From positions 1 to 40,379 of the forward strand of contig JACQHU010000045.1 in NCBI GenBank assembly GCA_016198805.1: DNA of 40,379 nt, in the 5' to 3' direction. The notes below the pieces were generated by a model, which made no database searches, was not told the origin of the DNA, and worked only from the letters and a program-made list of their open reading frames with translations. Below are positions 34,972 through 40,379 of the stretch, piece after piece. Made by a program: the position numbers and the translations under genes. Each line of letters begins with the position of its first letter. Position 1 is the first letter of the stretch. Source of the stretch: Armatimonadota bacterium (GTDB taxonomy: Bacteria; Sysuimicrobiota; Sysuimicrobiia; Sysuimicrobiales; Humicultoraceae).

Positions 34972-35929
34972 CCGAGGTCTCCTTCACGCCACCGGCCTGC
35001 CGGTCACGGGCCGATGAGACGGCGGATGAGGCGCCCCTGGTCGCTTCGTAGACTCGATACCCTGAGGCCACGCGGACCTGCTCCACCTGTTCGAAGCGGT
35101 CCGTCATCAGCCTCGCCAGCGTCCTGGCGCCCTGCGCCGTCCGGGCCACCAGGTAGAACCGGCCGCCCGGCCGCAGGACGCGCCGGGCATCGTCGATGAA
35201 CGCGGTCACGACTCGCCGGCCCTCCCGGATCGGCGGGTTGGTCACCACCACATCGATCGTGCGGTCCCGGATTGCGGCCGCGCCCTCGCCGACGATCACA
35301 CGGGCGTTGCGAATGTTGTTCGCGGCCGCATTCGCCAGGGCCAGGGCGGCCGCGCGCTGGTTGGTGTCGATGAGCCACGCCTGCCCCCGGGGAGCCAGCG
35401 CGGCGGCGACCAGCCCGATCGGACCGTAGCCGCAGCCCAGGTCGAGGATCCGGTCGCGCGGGCCGATCCGCATCGTCTCGATCAAGAGGCGCGTCCCGGC
35501 GTCGAGCCCGCGGGCGGCGAAGACGCCACCGGCGACCTGAAAGGCCCACCGGCGGCCGTGCAGCTGCACGTGCAGCACGCGCGGCCGCAGCCGCGACTGG
35601 GGGATGCGATTCGAGTAGTGGTCGGTCCTCGGCGGTTCCGCACTCGTCGACTCCTGGGGCATCGTCCCGATCCGGTCTGAGCGCTCCTCCCGCCGCGTGC
35701 GGGCGACCAGGCCCAGGGCGGCCTCGAACCGCTCCAGCGCCTCCAGGGCCCGGCGCAGGCCGTCGTGCACCGCCTGGCGCGAGATGCGCATCTGTAAGGC
35801 GATCTCGCCCAGCGACAGGTCGTCCTGGTAGTAGCGGATCAGAAACTGCCGCTGGCGGGGCGTCAGCAGCATCCCGTAGGCGTCCAGCATGCGGTTGGTG
35901 CGGTCCCGGCCGGCCAGGGCGCGCTCCAT
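34964..35929 (-). CDS. ylxM: In-frame fusion: YlxM (UPF0122, SRP-operon HTH protein) plus a YbxB/RsmC-like class I SAM methyltransferase
   Basis: From ATG 35929, [60 protein letters not shown] parallels B. subtilis YlxM ([28 protein letters not shown]). After a ~25-aa linker, TDHYSN...[18 protein letters not shown]...[13 protein letters not shown]...[14 protein letters not shown] parallels B. subtilis YbxB (EHYYSE...SGVFSKKEVDFGSRLLI...[13 protein letters not shown]...ILTNPPIRAGKKVV). There is no stop between the two parts. The 3' end overlaps the ffh start by 8 nt. The ORF-track start at 36052 (GTG) is less likely. Confidence 0.7.
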   Translation of the reverse strand: [321 protein letters not shown]

Positions 35930-35972
35930 GGAAAACCCATCCTGTAAAGGAATTTCCCTTGACAACGGGTCC

Positions 35973-36001
35973 ACGATACCGCGTGGAGCGTCCGGCGTCA
36001 A
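35973..36001 (-). promoter_or_regulatory. Candidate promoter for ylxM(fusion)-ffh-rpsP...
   Basis: The minus strand reads TTGACG (36001..35996), a 17-nt spacer, then TATCGT (35978..35973), in the ~130-nt ftsY-ylxM spacer. Confidence 0.4.
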
Positions 36002-36061
36002 TGGGGGGCGCTCGGCGCGCGGAGACCGCGGACCGGAGCGTGACGCCGTCACTAGCGCCGC

Positions 36062-36976
36062 CTAGGACGCGGCGAGGAGCGCCTCCGCGAACGCAGCCGC
36101 GTGGAAGGGCTGCAGGTCGTCCAGCCCCTCCCCCGTCCCGATGAAGGTGATCGGCACGCGCAGTGTTTGGGCCACGGCGACCACGATCCCGCCTTTGGCG
36201 GTGCCGTCGAGTTTGGTGAGCACCAGCCCGGTCAGCCCCACCGCATCGTGGAAGTGCTTCGCCTGCGCCAGGCCGTTCTGCCCGGTCGTCGCGTCGAGTA
36301 CCAGCAAGCGCTCCACCGGGGCGGCCGGCAGCGCGCGGGTCACGACGCGGTTGACCTTCTTCAGCTCCTCCATCAGGTTGACCTTGGTGTGCAGCCGGCC
36401 GGCGGTATCGACGATCAGCACGTCGGCCCCTCGCGCCACAGCCGCCTGCGCGGCGTCGAACACGACGGCCGCAGGGTCGGCGCCGGCCTGATGGCGGATG
36501 ACCGGCGCGCCGACCCGACCGCCCCAGATTTCGAGTTGCTCGATAGCCGCGGCGCGAAAGGTGTCGCCGGCAGCCAGCAGGACGCGCCGGTCCTCCTGCC
36601 GCAGCCGGTGCGCCAGCTTGGCAATGGTGGTCGTCTTTCCGGAGCCGTTGGCGCCCAGGATCAGGATGACCGCAGGAGGCGGGTCGAGGTGCAGCACCCC
36701 GGGCGTCCCCAGCATCTCGCCGATGATCTCCGCCAGGGTCGACCGGACCGCATCGGGCGAGGACAGGCCGCGACTGCGCTCGCGCAGCTGCTGGGTAATG
36801 GCCCCCGACAGCGGCACGCCCACATCGGCCTGGACCAGGGTCTCTTCGAGTTCAGTGAAGAACGCTTCGTCGATCGGCCCGGCGAGCAGCGCGTCCACCC
36901 GGGCCGCCAGCGTCGCACGGGTGCGCGACAGCGCGTTGTGCAGCCGGCCGAGCCAGCCCGGCGCTTCTCCAGCCAT
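36062..36976 (-). CDS. ftsY: SRP receptor FtsY (short form, NG domain only)
   Basis: ILGANGSGKTTTIAKLA, DTAGRLH and TKLDGTAKGG identify FtsY. At 304 aa it has no acidic A-domain. Confidence 0.95.
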   Translation of the reverse strand: MAGEAPGWLGRLHNALSRTRATLAARVDALLAGPIDEAFFTELEETLVQADVGVPLSGAITQQLRERSRGLSSPDAVRSTLAEIIGEMLGTPGVLHLDPPPAVILILGANGSGKTTTIAKLAHRLRQEDRRVLLAAGDTFRAAAIEQLEIWGGRVGAPVIRHQAGADPAAVVFDAAQAAVARGADVLIVDTAGRLHTKVNLMEELKKVNRVVTRALPAAPVERLLVLDATTGQNGLAQAKHFHDAVGLTGLVLTKLDGTAKGGIVVAVAQTLRVPITFIGTGEGLDDLQPFHAAAFAEALLAAS

Positions 36977-36983
36977 GAGGATG

Positions 36984-39900
36984 TTATTCGGCCGGGAGGG
37001 AGGCGGTCTCCCGCTCCTGCGCGCCAGGCCCCTCGCCGTCCCGAGCGGCGCGCGCGACGGCCACCGCGGCCGAGGGGGCGCCCTGGTGCGGCGCCTCGCC
37101 GTTCGTCGAAGCCACCAGCCGGACTGAGACCAGCGAGGAGATGCCGGGCTCCTGCATGGTGACGCCGTACAGGATATCGGCGGCGGCCATGGTGCCCTTG
37201 TTGTGAGTGATGATCAGCACCTGCGTCTGCTCGGCCAGATCGCGCAGCAGCGTGCAAAACCGCTTCGTGTTCACGTCGTCGAGCGCGGCCTCGACCTCGT
37301 CAAAGATGCAGAAGGGACTGGGGTGGACGCGCAGCATGGCGAAGATGAGCGCCAGCGCCACCAGGACGCGCTCGCCGCCTGAGAGCGCCACCAGCGGCCG
37401 CCGCGCCTTCCCCGGCAGCTGTGCGGTCACCTCCAGCCCCGGCTCCGAGCCGTCCTCCATCTCCACCAGCTCCAGGTGGCCGGATCCGCCCTCGAACAAC
37501 CGCTGGAAGAGCCGGCCGAACTCCCGGTCCACGTCTTCGAAGGTCTCGCGGAAGCGGACGCGCAGCGCAGCGTTGATGTGGGTGATCGCGCCACGCAGGG
37601 CCTCGCCGGCGGCCTGGAGGTCGGCGATCTGCGCGCGCAGCGCCTCCAGGCGCGCGGTGACGGCGGCATGCTCCTCGATGGCCCGCAGATTGACGGCCCC
37701 CAGTTCCCGCAGCGACACGCGCACCTCCTCCGCCCGACGCAGGGCCTCCTCCCGGCCACCCTGCAGCCGGCGCGCGGCGGCCTCCTCCAGGGTGACGCCG
37801 AAGTCTGATGCCAGTCGGGATGCCGCCGCGCCGAGTTCGGCCTCGGCCTGGGCGTGCCTGATCTCCGTGCGGTGGAGAGAGGCCTCGGCCTCGCGCAGGC
37901 CCGCCTCGGCCGCCAGGTGCTCGGCCTGGCGCACGGCGACTTCATCGCGCAGCCGGGCGCGCTCGGCGTTGAGGTGTTCGATGTCGGCCTTTGCGGCCGC
38001 CTGAGCAGCCAGCAGCGCCTCATGCGCCGCTGCGGCCCGCGCCAGACGCTCCGCGCCGGCGGCAAGGTTAGACATGATGCCCGCGTGCTCTCCGGCCATG
38101 TCGGCACGGCGGTGGGCGAGATCATCCATCGCGGCCTCGCGGTCGGTCAGGCGGGCGGCCAGCGCCTGGAGGCGCCCGTCGAGGGCCGCCAGGGCCACGC
38201 GCTTCGCGGTGACCTCGGCGGATGCAGCCGCGCGCCTCGCGACGATGCGCGCGGCATCAGCCTGCAGCCCGGCTTCCATGTCGGCCAGGCGCCGGGCCTC
38301 GGCCTCGAGTTGCCTAGCCTGTGCCTCGAGCCGCTGGATGTCGGTCTGCAGGTCGCGCAGGGCCTCGGCGCGGCGACGATCCTCGGCCGACAGCGACGCG
38401 CGGTCCTCTTCCAGCCGCGCCGCGTCCAGCGCAAACCGCTCCAGGCGCCCCATGCATTCCGTCAGCCCGGCCTGGACCCGGTCGCCGTCGTCGCGCGCGG
38501 CGGCCAGGTCGGCTTCGGCCGCGGCCACCTGCTCGGCGGCGGCGGCCCGACGGGCAGCCAGATCGGCGCGGCGAGCCTCAATTCGCCCCACCGCTTCCCG
38601 CAGGCCGGCGATCGCCTGGCTCCGGCCCAGAGGCCCCATCTCACCGTGCGTCCACCCTCGGACCGTCACGATGCCGTCAGGCTCGAGCAACGTGCCATCG
38701 CGGGTGACCACGCGCCCCTGGAAGCCGCCTGAGATGAGCATCCAGGCTGTACGCAGGTCGTTGACGATCACGACATCGCCCAGCAGGATCTCCGCGAGCC
38801 GGCGTGCCAGATCGGGCGCGATCCCGCCGGCGCTGACAGCGGCCACATCCATGGCGCGGGCGCGCACCCCATCAGCGCAGGCGCCGTCAGCGGACTCGGC
38901 GGCGACCGCAGCGCGACCTCCGGCAGGGTGCTCCGGCTCGGGCCGGCGGGGCCGGAGCGCGTCAAGGGCAAGCACGGTGGCGCCAGCAGGCCCGTGTGCG
39001 TCGAGACACTGGATGACGGCATCGATCTGCTCCTGGCGGTGGACGACCAGCCCGTGGAGCCGACCTCCCAGCGCCGCGGCGACCGCCGGGCGGTACTCCT
39101 GGGATACCTCCAGCAGATCGGCGACCGCACCGCGCAGGCCGGGGAACCGTGCGGGTTCAGCCCTGGCCGCCAGCAGTACGGCGCGGGCCCCCTCTTCAAA
39201 TCCGGCGAACTGGTCGCGCGCCTCTTCCAGAGCAGCCAGGCGGTCGCGCAGGCGGTGTTCGTCCAGTTCCACGGCGTGCACCTGATCGACAAGCGACGCC
39301 AGGGCTTCGCGTCGGGCTCCCACCGTGCGGGCGCAGTCGGCGATCCTGGCCTCTGCGTCCTGGGCGGCCTGGCGGGCCGCATCCGCGGCCTGCTCTGCGG
39401 CGCGCCGCTCGCGCGCAAGCGCCTCGGCCGCGCGGTCCAGCGCCAGGGTCTTCTCGGCGGTGGCCTGCACCGACTGCGCGAGCATCTCGGCCCGGGCGCG
39501 CCACGCGGCCAGGTCGTTCTGCGTCTGGGCAAACGTTCTGCCGACCTCAACCGCTTCGGCATGCACCTGGACCAGCCGCGTCTGGGCGCTGGCGGCGTCC
39601 TGACCCGACGCCTCAGCCCGTGCCTCGGCGTCTGCCACCGCACGCACGAGCTCCGCGCGCTCGCGTTCCGCGGCCCCGGCCTCCGCCCGCAACCCGGCAG
39701 CTTCCGCCCGCAGGCGCTCGAGCGCCTGCTCGAGGCGTTCGGCGTCCGCCGCCAGATACTGCCCCCGCGCCCGCAGGGCGTCCACCTGGGCGCTGGCCGC
39801 CTGGACCTCCGCGGCCAGGGCGCTGGACCGCTCGGCCCCCTCAAGGAGCGCCTGCTGCCCGCGCTCCCAGTCCGCGGTCACCTCGGCCAGGCGCGCCTCC

Positions 39901-40379
39901 GCTGCCGCGACGGCAGCGGCGGCGGCCGCCACGCGTTCGCTCCCGACCGCCACGGCGTCGCGGTCGCTGGAAAGTTGTGCCCCCAGCCGCCGGACCGCGC
40001 CCAGCAGGCGGCGTGCTTCGTCGGCATAGAGCGCCAGTTCCAGCTCTGTGAGTTCTTCCGTATACGAGCGGTGCCGCGCCGCCGCCTCGGCCTGAGCTGC
40101 GAGCGCCTGCTGCTGTGCCTCCAGCTCCGCCGCCACGTCCCCCAGGCGCTCCAGGTGCGCCTGCGCATGTCCGAGCCGGCGCTCCGCCTCGACGCGCTGG
40201 CGCTTGTGACGGGCTAGCCCGGCGGCCTCCTCCAGCCACTGCCGTCGCTCCGGCGGCGTGGCCCGCAGGACCGCGTCGACCTCGCCCTGCCCGATGAGCG
40301 CGTACGACCGCCCGCCCAAGCCGGTGCCGAGGAAGAGCATCTGCACGTCGCGCAGCCGGCACTCCAGGCCGTTGATGGC
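36984..40379 (-). CDS. smc: Chromosome segregation protein SMC (N-terminal ~130 aa lie beyond the window end)
   Basis: It has a long Ala/Arg/Glu coiled coil, a hinge region, the C-terminal signature LSGGERVLVALALIFAM and Walker B FCIFDEVEAALD. The M at 40346 is internal (head-domain segment YALIGQGEVD), and the frame stays open to 40379. Confidence 0.95.
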   Translation of the reverse strand, partial: AINGLECRLRDVQMLFLGTGLGGRSYALIGQGEVDAVLRATPPERRQWLEEAAGLARHKRQRVEAERRLGHAQAHLERLGDVAAELEAQQQALAAQAEAAARHRSYTEELTELELALYADEARRLLGAVRRLGAQLSSDRDAVAVGSERVAAAAAAVAAAEARLAEVTADWERGQQALLEGAERSSALAAEVQAASAQVDALRARGQYLAADAERLEQALERLRAEAAGLRAEAGAAERERAELVRAVADAEARAEASGQDAASAQTRLVQVHAEAVEVGRTFAQTQNDLAAWRARAEMLAQSVQATAEKTLALDRAAEALARERRAAEQAADAARQAAQDAEARIADCARTVGARREALASLVDQVHAVELDEHRLRDRLAALEEARDQFAGFEEGARAVLLAARAEPARFPGLRGAVADLLEVSQEYRPAVAAALGGRLHGLVVHRQEQIDAVIQCLDAHGPAGATVLALDALRPRRPEPEHPAGGRAAVAAESADGACADGVRARAMDVAAVSAGGIAPDLARRLAEILLGDVVIVNDLRTAWMLISGGFQGRVVTRDGTLLEPDGIVTVRGWTHGEMGPLGRSQAIAGLREAVGRIEARRADLAARRAAAAEQVAAAEADLAAARDDGDRVQAGLTECMGRLERFALDAARLEEDRASLSAEDRRRAEALRDLQTDIQRLEAQARQLEAEARRLADMEAGLQADAARIVARRAAASAEVTAKRVALAALDGRLQALAARLTDREAAMDDLAHRRADMAGEHAGIMSNLAAGAERLARAAAAHEALLAAQAAAKADIEHLNAERARLRDEVAVRQAEHLAAEAGLREAEASLHRTEIRHAQAEAELGAAASRLASDFGVTLEEAAARRLQGGREEALRRAEEVRVSLRELGAVNLRAIEEHAAVTARLEALRAQIADLQAAGEALRGAITHINAALRVRFRETFEDVDREFGRLFQRLFEGGSGHLELVEMEDGSEPGLEVTAQLPGKARRPLVALSGGERVLVALALIFAMLRVHPSPFCIFDEVEAALDDVNTKRFCTLLRDLAEQTQVLIITHNKGTMAAADILYGVTMQEPGISSLVSVRLVASTNGEAPHQGAPSAAVAVARAARDGEGPGAQERETASLPAE

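Noticed and set aside
35948-35956. A small dyad GGAATTTCC in the ylxM leader (GGAAATTCC on the transcribed minus strand).
   Set aside because: It has only 4-bp arms around a single base, which is expected by chance and too short to call an operator.
35958-35963. A perfect TTGACA on the plus strand in the ftsY-ylxM spacer.
   Set aside because: No acceptable -10 lies at 16-19 nt, and nothing on the plus strand downstream could be transcribed except antisense ftsY. The minus-strand TTGACG-17-TATCGT promoter explains the region better.
37000-40379. Apparent repetitiveness (GCC/GCG/CGC-rich periodic sequence) inside smc, considered as a possible repeat array or CRISPR-like structure.
   Set aside because: It reflects the Ala/Arg/Glu-rich coiled-coil coding sequence. 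There are no regularly spaced identical repeats with unique spacers.

Overview
This is a very GC-rich bacterial chromosomal window, with third codon positions almost always G or C. Genes are densely packed and almost all are housekeeping genes. The order matches the conserved Bacillota (Firmicutes) arrays. On the minus strand it runs smc-ftsY-ylxM-ffh-rpsP-khpA-ylqD-rimM-trmD-rplS-lepB-rnhB-yraN, then comM-dprA-topA-xerC, then rpsB-tsf-pyrH-frr-uppS-cdsA-dxr-rseP-ispG. After ispG come mgtC, a rhomboid protease, an archaeal-type SAM synthetase, a TolB-like lipoprotein, an FmdB zinc-ribbon protein and a partial unknown envelope protein. The only plus-strand block (19531..28974) is a nine-gene haem cluster: HTH regulator-hemC-hemD-hemB-hemA-hemL-hemQ-hemE-hemY. 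It sits in inverted orientation between yraN and comM. The high GC with Bacillus-like synteny and a HemQ/HemY pathway suggests a high-GC Bacillota lineage of the Symbiobacterium, Thermaerobacter or Limnochordia type; that placement is an inference. I found no rRNA, tRNA, CRISPR array, transposase, prophage or recognisable defence genes. Most long alternative-frame ORFs in the track are high-GC shadow ORFs. The observations most worth follow-up are: (1) an in-frame fusion of the SRP-operon protein YlxM to a complete YbxB/RsmC-like methyltransferase; (2) an uncharacterised HTH_17-type regulator with a helical C-terminal domain heading the haem operon, with a perfect 14-bp palindrome inside its candidate promoter; (3) a 72-aa stand-alone PASTA-like protein translationally coupled between frr and uppS; (4) an archaeal-type MAT as the SAM synthetase; and (5) a roughly 235-nt structured leader upstream of rpsB. 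None of these can be proven from sequence alone, and the window otherwise looks ordinary.
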